Shown in pieces: positions 19,666-30,803 of a DNA stretch of 64,000 nt. Position 1 is the first letter of the stretch. Each line of letters starts with the position of its first letter. The notes beneath the pieces were generated by a model that saw only the letters and a program-made list of their open reading frames with translations, ran no database searches and had not been told where the DNA came from. Made by a program: the position numbers and the translations under genes. This DNA is from a virus, in the IMG/VR virus record IMGVR_UViG_3300025312_000002, positions 18,512-82,511 of that record, one strand, 5' to 3'.

Positions 19666-21204
19666 CTATCTCCCCCCCTTTGCTTTTACAATTTCTGAAT
19701 CTAACACAGATTGCCCAATGCTTAAATTTTGTAACACATAACAAGTTTCCAGTTCATTAAAATCATTGTGTCTATCAGCAAGTTTGTTCCATCTCAACAA
19801 ACCCCTTACTTTTTCATCCTTCTTTTGATTCAAAGCAAAAGATTTATCCACATGTCCTTCTTGTCCAACCCATCCTGCTAATCCTCCTTCTTCAATATTC
19901 CCTTTTGATAATTCTCCTCTATTAATCTGGGAACCTGTAATTATTAAAGCATGACGTTCCTCTCCTAATCCAGCAACTTCTTTCCACATATTATCAAGGG
20001 CTAGATAGTCCTGGGAATACTTCTTATCAGGCTTAATTATTCCTAAATAATCAATTGTTATTATATCTGGAACATACCCTTCAGAATATTCTAATAAATC
20101 AAGGTCACGTTTTATGTCTGAAATTGTTGCTGAGAATCTTGGGTAGGAAATAGCTCTGTAATTATCTCCCCGCATTTCTCTAAAGCCCTCTATAGCTTTT
20201 AAAACATTCTGCTCAGTAAATTTTTCTTTTACAACAGTCTCCCACCAGGTTGTAAGTTCATAGTTACCAGGTTGCTCATAATCTTTCAAATTTCTACACG
20301 CTGTACAAGGCTTATAAATTGATGTCGGATTGTATGCTGTTCCAACTAAAGCATGAAAATTAGTTCTTATTTGAAGATCACAAGTTCCTTCCTGATTCGC
20401 TTGACAATCAAAACAAGGAATCACAGTATCCCCCCCATCGTCTGAGAAGGCCGTTATTCGTTTATATAGTCTTTTATTAACATTCGTAGCATTCATTTCT
20501 AAAGAGACAGCAGCGACCTTTATATTCGATGTAGAGGTTGCTTGCTGAATAGCTCCCCTAAAAGCAAGTTCCATCATACCCCAGCTTTTGCCTCTTTTAA
20601 ATCCTCCTATAATAGAAATGAGCCATCCTCTCTCAAGAGGGCCTATAAATTCTCCTAATCTGCCCGGCATCTGTAAAACCACATCTGATGATGTATCAAA
20701 TGCTCTTTTTACAGTTTCAGGTGTATATGGATCAATCCACATAGAAACTTGTTTTGCTACTTTTTTGAAATTTACAATCTCTGCTTCAGCCTCATCAATT
20801 TTCCCGTTAAGCAGGAATTTGCCCATTCGATCATTTACAATTTCCAGTTCTCTTTTCTTGAAAAAACTAATAACCTTATCAATAAAATACTCTTCATTAA
20901 TTTCTTGCTCTTCTGTGTACTGTTTGGACAGCTTGGACAAATATACTTCAATTATTTTTTCGTCTGCTTCTTCAATTCCTGCTCGTTCAATTTCAAAAAC
21001 ATCTTTGATGTGGAATTTAGGAGCTTCTTCATATCCTTCATAATACTCTATAACCCAATTACAAATAATCTTTGCAAAGGAGTTAGTCATATATTCGGGT
21101 TTATATAATGGAACTATATCTTTTAAGAACCTTGTTGACATAATCATGCCTATTATGACTTTGTCTTCTAATGATTTTTCCACTGTTTTTCTAGCAATAA
21201 CCAT
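19666..21204 (-). CDS. DnaB-like replicative helicase with Cys-rich insertion
   Basis: Walker A-like GGFKRGKS, SLEM, IDYLG, TGSQINR; internal CFDC..C..CTAC. Confidence 0.85.
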   Translation of the reverse strand: MVIARKTVEKSLEDKVIIGMIMSTRFLKDIVPLYKPEYMTNSFAKIICNWVIEYYEGYEEAPKFHIKDVFEIERAGIEEADEKIIEVYLSKLSKQYTEEQEINEEYFIDKVISFFKKRELEIVNDRMGKFLLNGKIDEAEAEIVNFKKVAKQVSMWIDPYTPETVKRAFDTSSDVVLQMPGRLGEFIGPLERGWLISIIGGFKRGKSWGMMELAFRGAIQQATSTSNIKVAAVSLEMNATNVNKRLYKRITAFSDDGGDTVIPCFDCQANQEGTCDLQIRTNFHALVGTAYNPTSIYKPCTACRNLKDYEQPGNYELTTWWETVVKEKFTEQNVLKAIEGFREMRGDNYRAISYPRFSATISDIKRDLDLLEYSEGYVPDIITIDYLGIIKPDKKYSQDYLALDNMWKEVAGLGEERHALIITGSQINRGELSKGNIEEGGLAGWVGQEGHVDKSFALNQKKDEKVRGLLRWNKLADRHNDFNELETCYVLQNLSIGQSVLDSEIVKAKGGR

Positions 21205-21219
21205 TCAAAAACCTCCTGA

Positions 21220-22509
21220 TTAGTTAATTTCTCTTATTGATCGTTGCTGTAGTAAATATTGTGGAAAGTATGTTTCATAGGTTTTTTTATCTACAAAGTA
21301 AACCGGATGAATTTCCATTCCTGTATTGCTTTTCTTTTGGAAATATTCGCAAAGCTCTCTTGCAAGACTTACTTCAGTAAATCCCACTGAAGTAAATTGA
21401 TGTTTATATTCTTTATAAAATTCTGTTACCTTGTTTGCTCCTTTAACAAACTGATTTTCTTGTTCTGCGGTAAAATTCCCTCCTATCCCGCCTAGAACAG
21501 AATGTCTGTACCAATCAACAATTGTTTTGTGAACAACAGGATTGATGGGTTTTAGATTGTTGTCAAAGCTTTTCAACAATTGAGGTTCAGTTTCAAGATA
21601 CTTCTGGAACAATGATCTATCTCCATTAGTTGAGTAGTTGTTCCAAACAAACTGATGGAAATATTGCTTTTGCAAGAAATCTTTATTCATAGGTTGAAAC
21701 TTTAAATTCAATGCTGCCAAACTATAATTTTCAATTGCTTTCAAAATGTCCTGTTTTGAATATTGCTTATCAAATAATTTCCCATTCAAGATGTTTTTAC
21801 AAGAGGCAAGGTTTGTTTTAGATGTTTCTGTAGTTTCTTTTGGAACCTTCAAACCTTTGTTTTCCCAATAATCAAGGATTGATTTTACTTCAGCAGCATA
21901 GTTTGTTTGTTTAACAAGAACTTTATTCTTTGGGGTGGGTTTAGATTTAACAAGTGTTTCTTTTCTTTTCATTAATATAGGTCTTGCAATATTAGCAATA
22001 CAAGAAGTGTTGGAAGAAACTTGTTTCTTTACACTTTCTTCTTTAGAAGAAAGATTATTTATATTCTTATTATTTATATTCTTATTAGGATGTAAAACAG
22101 AGTTGTCATTAGAGTGTAAAATGGGTTTGTCTTCCTGATGTAAAATGGACTTTACATCTGAAACACTACTCTCAGGTAAGATTTCAAGAATGGGATGAAG
22201 AAGAAAAGAGTAAGAATTATTGAAATGGAGTAGAACTTCTTGTCCTTGAGGTTTATTAATCTTAATAAACTTTGCTTGGACAAGCTCCCTAATTAAATTG
22301 TTAATTTGTTGTCGGGATAAACTCATCTCTTCAGCCAGTAGCTCTTGGGACGGAAAACATTTTCCGTCCCTTCCTGCATGATACACTAAAATTGACCATA
22401 AGATTTTTGCTGATGAAGATAAACCAGGAAATTTTGTAAGACAAAAAGGCAGATTAAAACTATTATAAGTGCCATAAGGATTAAATGTTTTTTGGGTATC
22501 GTTTTCCAT
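21220..22509 (-). CDS. phage replication initiator-like protein (N-terminal HTH)
   Basis: LSSSAKIL..CFPSQELLAEEMSLSRQQI..LV; Asn-rich linker; likely start MENDTQ. Confidence 0.75.
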   Translation of the reverse strand: MENDTQKTFNPYGTYNSFNLPFCLTKFPGLSSSAKILWSILVYHAGRDGKCFPSQELLAEEMSLSRQQINNLIRELVQAKFIKINKPQGQEVLLHFNNSYSFLLHPILEILPESSVSDVKSILHQEDKPILHSNDNSVLHPNKNINNKNINNLSSKEESVKKQVSSNTSCIANIARPILMKRKETLVKSKPTPKNKVLVKQTNYAAEVKSILDYWENKGLKVPKETTETSKTNLASCKNILNGKLFDKQYSKQDILKAIENYSLAALNLKFQPMNKDFLQKQYFHQFVWNNYSTNGDRSLFQKYLETEPQLLKSFDNNLKPINPVVHKTIVDWYRHSVLGGIGGNFTAEQENQFVKGANKVTEFYKEYKHQFTSVGFTEVSLARELCEYFQKKSNTGMEIHPVYFVDKKTYETYFPQYLLQQRSIREIN

Positions 22510-22663
22510 ATTTGCTTTTATCCTCCGTTGAATCGAAACAAACCGAGTGACATTTGGGACACATGTGAACCTCATATTTTCTAGGAAGCCATTTGTGAGT
22601 GCACTGCAAGCATTTCATTTCTTTGATTGTCCGTAGTTTCATAGTGTTAGCTCCTCCTTTCAT
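22481..22663 (-). CDS. small zinc-ribbon protein
   Basis: CLQC.H.W..CPKCHS. Confidence 0.6.
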   Translation of the reverse strand: MKGGANTMKLRTIKEMKCLQCTHKWLPRKYEVHMCPKCHSVCFDSTEDKSKYGKRYPKNI

Positions 22664-22671
22664 TATCTATA

Positions 22672-22700
22672 GCTATACCTACGTTTAAATTGATTGTCAA
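22672..22700 (-). promoter_or_regulatory. sigma70 promoter
   Basis: TTGACA-N17-TATAGC. Confidence 0.6.
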
Positions 22701-22710
22701 GCAAATATTT

Positions 22711-23604
22711 TTAAAATCCTAAAAATGCTTTTAATTTCAATGCTTCAATAGGGGACATATCAGCAGGATCGCCTTTGTCCAACGACAGAATTTCAACAGA
22801 GCCAATAAAGCAAGAAAGCTCATTTGCAAGTTTTTCAGATTGAGCAGCAGCATCTTGATCATAAAGAACAAACACTTTCTTTAACCCAATCAATAAAGAT
22901 AGTTGCTGTCGAGTATATTGAACACCAAAAGTAGCAATAGCTCCTGCACCCAATCTCCAAACATCAGTAACACCTTCAACAATAATTGCTTTGTCTCGAA
23001 CAGCATCAAGATTATAAAGACATTCTTTAATTGGAATCTTGCTTAACTCAACGGGACAATTCAGATATTTTAGAGTGTTTTTTTCTGTGGCATCTCTGCC
23101 CAAATAGGCAACAAGTTCATATTGTTGATAAATAGGAATAATAATTCTATAAGCAAAATCTGTTCCAATTGCTCCTGCATACAAATCATAGGTTTTAATG
23201 ATTGTATCAGGTTGAAAATTCCTCTTAAAAAGGTAATTCGTAAAAACTCCAGTAAAATTCTTACTGCTTCCTTTGGGTAGATCAACTGAACTTTGGGGCC
23301 TCACTTCTTCTTTTGGGTTCAAATAAGCCAAAGAAGAGTCTTGGAATTTATAGAAGATGGCTATAGCTTGGTTATAAGAAACTAGGGATACTTCTTGGAT
23401 CAGTTTAAGCACATTGCTTCTCACCCCACACTTCCAGCAGGATATGGTTTTGGACTGCTTATGTATTCCTAGATGGAAGGAATTGTCATCACAGAAAGGA
23501 CAGCAAACCCCAATATAGTTCTTGCTGATATTCTTTCCAGATTCCCGATATTCAATTCCAAGAGATTCAAGGTATGCAATTGTGTCAAATGATTCCAGGT
23601 TCAT
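22711..23604 (-). CDS. DNA primase (CHC2 zinc finger + TOPRIM)
   Basis: CPFCDD..CWKCG, RIIIP, KYLN, VEGVTD, YDQD, KGDP. Confidence 0.88.
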   Translation of the reverse strand: MNLESFDTIAYLESLGIEYRESGKNISKNYIGVCCPFCDDNSFHLGIHKQSKTISCWKCGVRSNVLKLIQEVSLVSYNQAIAIFYKFQDSSLAYLNPKEEVRPQSSVDLPKGSSKNFTGVFTNYLFKRNFQPDTIIKTYDLYAGAIGTDFAYRIIIPIYQQYELVAYLGRDATEKNTLKYLNCPVELSKIPIKECLYNLDAVRDKAIIVEGVTDVWRLGAGAIATFGVQYTRQQLSLLIGLKKVFVLYDQDAAAQSEKLANELSCFIGSVEILSLDKGDPADMSPIEALKLKAFLGF

Positions 23605-24960
23605 CTACATCCAACCTTGATCCATGTAAGTGCAAATACGTTCTCCTGAATGCTCAATTAAAAATCTATGGCTAACATCCCAAAGGTCATAAATAATAAC
23701 ATCTTTCTTATCCTTTGTTACTCGTAAGCCTCTTCCGATTGTTTGGAGCGTTCTGATTTCTGATTTCCCTCCCGCAGCATTGATAATCACGTTAAGAGAA
23801 CGGATAGAAATTCCTTCATACCATATTACTGTCGAAATAACGCATTTGATATGTTTAGCATCTAGTGCTTCTTTAGTTTCCACACGCACATCATTGCCTG
23901 TACTCCCTTGAACAAAAAGGATAGGTAGGTTCTTCTCTCTCCCAATTTCAAGTAAATTATTTCCGTGCTCAATGTGATTAACAAGAATGAGAACGCTGTC
24001 ACCTTTATTAACATGTTCCAGAGCTTTATCAATAATCAGATTGTTTCTTACTGAACTGTGGACAACCCCTTCTGCATAAACGTCTTGATATTGTCGCAGT
24101 TCATTAACAGAATGATTTTTAGGCACTCTGAGAAGGCTTATAACAGGCTTTGCAATAATGCCTAAGTCATTGCCTTCTTGAACTGATAAAGAAGCTACAA
24201 GAGGCCCTATAAGCCCTTCCGAGGCAAGTTTTCCTTCTTCTGTATCAATAGGAGTAGCAGTTAAACCAAATCGTAAAGGTGCAGGCAATTTCGTAAGTAT
24301 GTCAAAATAATCCGATTTAAAGGAATTACAATGATGGGCTTCATCCACAATGATCATATCATAATCGTCTTGATTGACCTTCTTGAATGTTTGACGGGTA
24401 GCAATTGTTATTTGCTTATTCAATTCTAGCTTCCCATCACCTACTAAACCTATTGAAGTGAAACCAAACTTCTTGAATTCGTTTGCTGTTTGGATCATTA
24501 AATCCTTTGTGTGACAAAGCCAAAGGAGTTTACAATTATCGAAACAGGAGTAAAGGGCAATCCCTATTATGGTTTTTCCACTGCCTGTGGGTGCTTGTAT
24601 GATTCCTCTCTGGGCAACACAAGCTTGTTGGATTAACTTTTCCTGATCTTCTCTTAGGACTAGATTTTTTACTTTGTACTTATGATGCTGAATAGGTGCA
24701 GATATGCCTAAACTTTCAACTGAGAGCGTCGGCAAGGGGCTTATCTTTTTTAAATGAGCAATGACCCTAGGCAGCAATCCTGTAAGGAAATAATATGATC
24801 CACTATCATCTTTAGTTAAAGATGATTTTTGGTACTCTTTTCTTATTTTCCTAAAAGCTGTTTGTTGGTAAAAAACAGATGTGTAAGATAAGATGGGTCG
24901 GATTAAAGTTGCTGTTTTTGCATCTACTTTACATTCTATTGGATTAAGATAATTAATCAT
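23605..24960 (-). CDS. SF2 DEAH helicase (UvsW-like)
   Basis: APTGSGKT, VDEAHH, GLTATP, QTIGRGLR. Confidence 0.92.
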   Translation of the reverse strand: MINYLNPIECKVDAKTATLIRPILSYTSVFYQQTAFRKIRKEYQKSSLTKDDSGSYYFLTGLLPRVIAHLKKISPLPTLSVESLGISAPIQHHKYKVKNLVLREDQEKLIQQACVAQRGIIQAPTGSGKTIIGIALYSCFDNCKLLWLCHTKDLMIQTANEFKKFGFTSIGLVGDGKLELNKQITIATRQTFKKVNQDDYDMIIVDEAHHCNSFKSDYFDILTKLPAPLRFGLTATPIDTEEGKLASEGLIGPLVASLSVQEGNDLGIIAKPVISLLRVPKNHSVNELRQYQDVYAEGVVHSSVRNNLIIDKALEHVNKGDSVLILVNHIEHGNNLLEIGREKNLPILFVQGSTGNDVRVETKEALDAKHIKCVISTVIWYEGISIRSLNVIINAAGGKSEIRTLQTIGRGLRVTKDKKDVIIYDLWDVSHRFLIEHSGERICTYMDQGWM

Positions 24961-24962
24961 TG

Positions 24963-25208
24963 TTACTCCTTTGCTGCTGTTATGGCATCAATTGTTTCTT
25001 CAAGGGAATTTTCTGCTTCGTCCATACTGTCTATTGCAGATTGCATTTCTTCCCCCCGTTCCGCTTGCTGTAGTCCTTCTGGAAGATTATCGTATGCTTC
25101 TTGTTCCCCGTTTCTAATCTCTCCCAATTGGTTTTTAATTTCATCAAGTTTATCGCTCAATTGTTGAAGCTGTGAACGTCTAGATTTATTCATGGTTTTC
25201 CTTTCCAC
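24963..25208 (-). CDS. acidic helical phage protein
   Basis: EQEAYDNLPEGLQ..RGE motif common in phage hypotheticals. Confidence 0.6.
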   Translation of the reverse strand: MERKTMNKSRRSQLQQLSDKLDEIKNQLGEIRNGEQEAYDNLPEGLQQAERGEEMQSAIDSMDEAENSLEETIDAITAAKE

Positions 25209-25421
25209 ACCTTTCGGTGTTTGTCAAAAATGCAATCTGTATCATAACTACCATTAGGGAAGAAGATAGAAAATGTGTCTTTTTCTTTTGGAATGATAGC
25301 AGCTACAGTTTTTATAGGATCGCTAAATATATCATGTTCAAAAAATATGGTTTTAACTGTTATATCTTTTAAAAGAATCACGGCAATTTCTCCTTTTATA
25401 TTATAACCTCTTTTTTCAAAG

Positions 25422-25724
25422 CTAGAAACTCCGAGAGAATTCTTTTAGTTCTTCTATTACAGAAAATACTTTTTTAAATGCCCAACCTTGATCTCGAAGC
25501 ATTTGACGGATTTTCATATGTCGCAGTTTTCCATTTCCTAAAAAACAATCATCTGCTGCTTCAATGAAAATATCCAGAGCTTGTTTAGCATCTTCAGATA
25601 GACCTTGCAAAATTTGACTTCCAATAAGAATTGATTCCGGAGTTTCATTTGAAACTAAATTAGCATCTTCGATAGGAACAAATTCTCCAAAATAAACATT
25701 AGCAGCCATTTCTAAATCCATCAT
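25422..25724 (-). CDS. hypothetical protein
   Basis: ORF in operon with SD. Confidence 0.55.
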   Translation of the reverse strand: MMDLEMAANVYFGEFVPIEDANLVSNETPESILIGSQILQGLSEDAKQALDIFIEAADDCFLGNGKLRHMKIRQMLRDQGWAFKKVFSVIEELKEFSRSF

Positions 25725-26077
25725 AGTGTCCTCCTTTTCTTCAAAATGATTGATTTAACTTCTGCCTCTGCACGTTTTCTCAACACAGGTTTTGGGACAG
25801 CAAAATCATTGATTGCTTTTTTCTGCTTGCAGGTTTTACATCCAATAGACTCATGCTTTTGGGATGATAAACAAGCTGTTATATCTTTCCAACAAATAAA
25901 TATATCACACCAAAAGATTGTTGCAGCAGAAAAATGTTCACATCTTTTATTATGCTTATCAAACATATTGTCTTTTGAAGGACAATATCTTGTTTGATAG
26001 ATAATAGCTCCTTTCCCATTCCTGCTATTTTCTCGCAGTTCTGCTTCTTGGAATTTCTTACAATACTGACAGGACAT
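25721..26077 (-). CDS. Cys-rich hypothetical protein
   Basis: Multiple CxxC, basic tail. Confidence 0.55.
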   Translation of the reverse strand: MSCQYCKKFQEAELRENSRNGKGAIIYQTRYCPSKDNMFDKHNKRCEHFSAATIFWCDIFICWKDITACLSSQKHESIGCKTCKQKKAINDFAVPKPVLRKRAEAEVKSIILKKRRTL

Positions 26078-26299
26078 TTCCTTTCCTCCTATTCCAATTC
26101 ATAATTTTTCTGTTTGTTAAATTTCCGAGGAATTTTTGGCACTTCCCTTTGGATTTTAAAGTTGTCCTTCTCACCTGAAAAATAATTTCTGATTGTCCAG
26201 TGAATAACACCCAGCTTTTTTGCCAAGGCGTTTGTCAGAGTCATCCATTCCTGTCCTTCGGGGGCATGTCTATATAAGACATGAGTTTCCCCTTGGTAG

Positions 26300-26482
26300 T
26301 TAAATTCGCCCTTGAACAAATCGTTTTGTCGGCTCATTGCTCTCAAGCTCTTCCAGCACTTTAACTATCCCTTGACGTATCAAGGCTGATTTGCTTGTGG
26401 ACATTCTTTCAACTTGGAGATCAAGTCGATCATCTAAGCTTTCTGGCAATCTCAAAAAAATACTTTTTCCTGTGCTTTTCAT
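26300..26482 (-). CDS. ribbon-helix-helix transcriptional regulator
   Basis: IFLRLPESL..L..S KSALIRQGI pattern. Confidence 0.7.
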   Translation of the reverse strand: MKSTGKSIFLRLPESLDDRLDLQVERMSTSKSALIRQGIVKVLEELESNEPTKRFVQGRI

Positions 26483-26688
26483 CTGGTTCTCCTTTTAAGG
26501 TAGTTGATGGTAAGTTATTCTTCTTCATTACAAATGGTTTCAAGCTGTGCTTCTGTCACACCTTGCATCAAAGCAGGAAACTCTTGTTTTAAGGCAAGGT
26601 AAAGGATTGTAAAAGGCACTTCTTCAACACCTTTAGACATAGCAAGCTTATTAAAAACGATCTCAACAGCTTCTTTTAAATTCATATT

Positions 26689-28873
26689 TCACCCCTTTGC
26701 CCAAATGATAGATTTTTCAGTTCTGTTCAACTCAATTGCTTCATGCTGGGCTTTTTCTTCTGTAGTGAATGATTTGGCTATTGTGTATTTAAGATAATCA
26801 TATACATGGGTTTTAAAAGCTATGAATCTTTCGGTTTTGCTTTTGTAATGCTCTTTAAAATTAATTTCTTTTTCCATTAGCTTCCCCTTTTCTTTAATGT
26901 GGGTTTAACTTCTTTTCTTGATTCCATAAAAGCAATCATGTCTTTTTGTTCTGACGGATGTTTCTTCCAGTAATCAAACCAGTTCTTCGTTCCGGGAACT
27001 AATTGCTGAAAAGCAATCTTTTCTTCTTCTTCAAGTATTCTTTTGGTTCTCATGTCTTCACCTGTAATCAAGAATATAATTACTAGCTATCAATTGTCAA
27101 GGTACTTTTTCAATTCATTATCTTTAGCAGCAATTCTCCAGGTGCAGTTATTGTGTTTAGGACTTCCTTGAAATACACCGGGCTTTTCAAAGTCAACACA
27201 ACTAAATTCTGAATGGGAATTTACTGATGGAACATTTATTACTTTTATTTTTCCTACTTCTCCTGGCTGAATAACAACTTCTGGGTTTCCTCCATAAGAG
27301 GAGTAATATGCAGTTATCGGCTTTGTTATTGTGACTTTATCTCCCACTTTAAATTTTGTCATTTTTCCTCTCCTTCTTAATTGGTTTAAACATCGTATTT
27401 TCGGGAATCACAATGCTTGAAAGAATCTCTCCCATTATATGTTCCCATATACATGTAATCTCCGGCAAAATTCTTATCCTCCAGATTTATTGTTAATCTT
27501 CCTTCTGCAATAGCTTGATTAAATGCTTCATTTGGATTTCTATTTGTATACTCTTTTTTCATAGACTTCACCTTATTTTTTAGTATATTAATCCAGCTAA
27601 AAAATCTCCTTCTTCTACTGATAGCTTTCCTACAAACCAAGGAAAAATTTCCACATTGTAAAACACTTTCTTTTTGAAGGTAATGGTTGTTTCTTTTCTG
27701 ATATACAAAAGAGCTCCAATTAAAGACTCATAACCCATTCCTGAATCTAAAGCACCCGTTTTGAGCATTTCCTTTGCTTCGGTTTTTAATGCTCTTAAAG
27801 AAGAAAACCCAGACAGCTCTGTTGCTGCATATCTACACTTTCCTCCTCCCCAACAATTTCCATAAACAACTCCTGTTGCTGAATAACTTTTGCTCATTTT
27901 CTTTTCCTCCTTTCTGGTTGATGGTATGCCCCTCTACGAGTTAAAAAACAACACCACATATGCCAACGCACCAACCCCCAGGAGCAAGATCACGCCCCCG
28001 GCAATGTCCCGCCACGAGTATTTTGGCAAGGGGTCCATGTACGGATGCCTCATATTTTTTAGCTCATTTTTTGTCATTGGTATGCCCCCTTTTCAGCAAG
28101 TACCCGTTCCATTAATTCAAGATCCCTCTGCGCTATTTCGATTTGATTTTTCTGCCGCCTTATCATCGCCTGTAATTCTTCCTGTGTCCTGTCCCGCAAT
28201 CTATCAATAAAATGTTTCATGGTATGCCCTCCTTGTCATCGTTTGATTTTCATTCTCCATTATATCTAACAAAAGCTTCTTGTGTTTTTGCTTGGGAAAT
28301 AAAAGCAAAAGGAGGCCAATGCCTCCACCTTCCTAAAATCATTTTTAAGCAAGCACCCCTTGTTTGCCAATCTGTCATTATAGAATATTTCTCATTCATG
28401 TTTTTTGTCCAAACTCTATATATAATTTTCTTCTCCTTTCATTAGCAGTAGGTATCATCCCACAATTTGATTTCATCCTTCTCATCCATTGTCAATGTTT
28501 TTCCCTCTTGGAGCAGAGTGTGAATGTGTTGCAAAACCAGCAATTCCGTTTCCCTTTGTTCTTCTGATTTTTCAATTTCTAGGGACTTTTTTGCTAATCT
28601 CACAAGAGTATCAATAGTTACAAACTCCATTTCATTTCTCCTTTTACATCTCAATATAAAGCGTTTTTAAATAGCTGTCAGTTCTTCTGAATGGATCAGA
28701 CAGATCACCCTCTTTTGATCGGACAAGGCATTTTTCTTTTCATATTGACAAAAGACAGGATTAAAATTCCCGATCGCTTCTGCTCGGAGCACTCGCTTTA
28801 TTGTTTTTATGAGTTCTCCGGGTTCAAAATAGTTTTCTCCTTTTTTCCGAACTTCTACAGTATGGCGTTTCAT
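26689..28873 (-). other. run of small early hypothetical genes (26689-26877, 26877-27071, 27090-27362, 27386-, 27580-27897, 27934-28077, 28074-28220, 28442-, 28667-28873)
   Basis: Tightly packed minus-strand ORFs mostly with AGGAG-type SD. Confidence 0.6.
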
Positions 28874-29349
28874 ATTTTTCTCTCCTTCTCTTTAAGGTTG
28901 GCTTTTCCTTTCTTTACTTTGAAAATAGGATAAGGAGCTTTCCCACTTTCAAACCAATCATCACCAAAACAATAAGTTTTAGGCCCAAGATTATCAGGAG
29001 ACATTAAATCCCCTGCACCAGGAGCACAGGGAGAACAATAAGCACAACGGGTGTAGAAAGGTGATCTGAGTATGAAAATATCCATATCATCATAATCCTG
29101 GGTGCAAATGTAGCCTTCTTTTTCATACTGAAAACCGTCTGCTTCACAATCAGGACACTCGTCATATTGAACATCACCACTACTGTCGGGCTTGTGTTCA
29201 CAGTTTCCACAAATGTAAATAGGTTCTGAACTATCTGCCCACACTTGAAGAACTTCCTTTTGGTTAATAACTCCATAATGAATAATTCCTGTTTTTACAT
29301 CTACATTTGTTGTTCCATTTCCATAGTGATCTACAAGTTCTTTTTTCAT
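28870..29349 (-). CDS. Cys-rich early protein
   Basis: CGNC, CPDC, CAYCSPC; start after extended SD at 29349. Confidence 0.65.
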   Translation of the reverse strand: MKKELVDHYGNGTTNVDVKTGIIHYGVINQKEVLQVWADSSEPIYICGNCEHKPDSSGDVQYDECPDCEADGFQYEKEGYICTQDYDDMDIFILRSPFYTRCAYCSPCAPGAGDLMSPDNLGPKTYCFGDDWFESGKAPYPIFKVKKGKANLKEKERKI

Positions 29350-29430
29350 TTTTATTCTCTCCTTCTCTTTATTGGGAACGTAAATGTTCCAGCGAATTGC
29401 AAAAGTTTCCCTTTGCAATTCAAGCAACAT

Positions 29431-29709
29431 TTACAGACTCTTTAGAACCCAGGACAGGAAATATTTGAGCCACTCAAAACCTTTTGGAGCAGAAACACTT
29501 ATTCCTGTTCTTACTTTTCCATCATGACAAAGTACAGCAGTTGAATAATTCTTCCAAAGAGCATAATTTTTGTTGAGTGTATAATACCTATACAAGATTT
29601 TCCCGTAGTAAATCTTTTTGTGGTTTGCATGTAAAACTATTTTCATTCCTTTTGGGTAAAGAGCTGAACTTATTTTATGCCAATTTTTATTTCTTGCTTT
29701 ATGTTCCAT
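29431..29709 (-). CDS. hypothetical early protein
   Basis: ORF with SD. Confidence 0.5.
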   Translation of the reverse strand: MEHKARNKNWHKISSALYPKGMKIVLHANHKKIYYGKILYRYYTLNKNYALWKNYSTAVLCHDGKVRTGISVSAPKGFEWLKYFLSWVLKSL

Positions 29710-29723
29710 TTTCCTCTCCTCCT

Positions 29724-29936
29724 TTAAAACATTGAATGAAGTAGGTCCAGGAAGTCCTGGGCTTCTTGCTGTGAATTAAAACCCCCAAAATTGAAGCTGT
29801 TAGTTTCATTGTACCAACCTTTAACACTCCAGATTCCGGGATAGGCGGCACTTTCTTCCACAGTAAACTCCTTGAGCTTTGCCAGAACAACACTGGCTGT
29901 TTTCTTTCTGTTCCATGCTACTCTCTGTTTTAGCAT
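29724..29936 (-). CDS. hypothetical early protein
   Basis: Start after extended SD at 29936. Confidence 0.55.
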   Translation of the reverse strand: MLKQRVAWNRKKTASVVLAKLKEFTVEESAAYPGIWSVKGWYNETNSFNFGGFNSQQEAQDFLDLLHSMF

Positions 29937-30017
29937 TTTCTCTCCTATTCTTTTGTTGGGAACATAAGTGTTCCAGGAAAAGCACATCTGTTTCTTGATA
30001 TGCTTAACCCGCAGCAC

Positions 30018-30224
30018 TTATATTACTGACGATTCTTCTAAAATAAAATCAGGACATTGTTTTCTAAGCTTCTTGTGGAATGCTTTTTCTTTCATCGAGG
30101 AAGATGTTTGTATTGGCATTGTACTTCCTTCCTGATAAACAGCAATGTATAATCCCATTTCATACTGCTGAGTAATGAACTTGTTTTTTCCATCAGGAGC
30201 AGGAATAACGGTTATCATGGACAT
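30018..30224 (-). CDS. hypothetical early protein
   Basis: Start after SD at 30224. Confidence 0.55.
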   Translation of the reverse strand: MSMITVIPAPDGKNKFITQQYEMGLYIAVYQEGSTMPIQTSSSMKEKAFHKKLRKQCPDFILEESSVI

Positions 30225-30278
30225 TTCTTTTCTCCTTTCTTGAATCATAAATTTCCCAGGGAAATCTAAATAACATCC

Positions 30279-30722
30279 TTATGGCATCAAACCTTCTTCT
30301 CGAAAACTAAAAACTGCATCATCTAAACCCAAAATGATATGATCATACACACTAATATCCAGTGCTTTTGCAACATCCGCAATCTGTTTGGTCATCCGAA
30401 TATCAGATTCAGATGGGCGTAAGTGACCAGAAGGATGATTGTGTACAAGGATCATGGCACATGAGCAGGAAACAATGCTTGTTTTTATGACTTCTCTTGG
30501 GTAAATACCAGCTTGATTTAATGAACCAACAGCCACTTGCACACAATTCAGCACATTTTGTGCATTTAGATGGAGAACAATGAATTTTTCTACATCAGAA
30601 TCTTGCAATGATCTACAAAAGTTTAGTGTATCTTTAGTAGTTCCAAGAGTTTCTCGATTGTATGGAAAATCCTGCTCCCTAACCATTCTTGTTTGCAACT
30701 TTACAGCATACTTGGTTGTCAT
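30279..30722 (-). CDS. RadC-like JAB domain protein
   Basis: E.F.VLHL, GSLN..YPREV, HNHPSG..PSESD, DHIIL. Confidence 0.92.
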   Translation of the reverse strand: MTTKYAVKLQTRMVREQDFPYNRETLGTTKDTLNFCRSLQDSDVEKFIVLHLNAQNVLNCVQVAVGSLNQAGIYPREVIKTSIVSCSCAMILVHNHPSGHLRPSESDIRMTKQIADVAKALDISVYDHIILGLDDAVFSFREEGLMP

Positions 30723-30803
30723 TTTTCTCTCCTTCTCTTTAGTTAGTCCTTAATTGGACTATCAAGCTCTCTACTCCTCCAAGTAAAGAGCAAGACACTA
30801 CAA

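Noticed and set aside
27890-28567. Plus-strand ORFs in the left arm (and minus-strand ORFs in the right arm)
   Set aside because: Antisense shadows of well-supported genes, no SD
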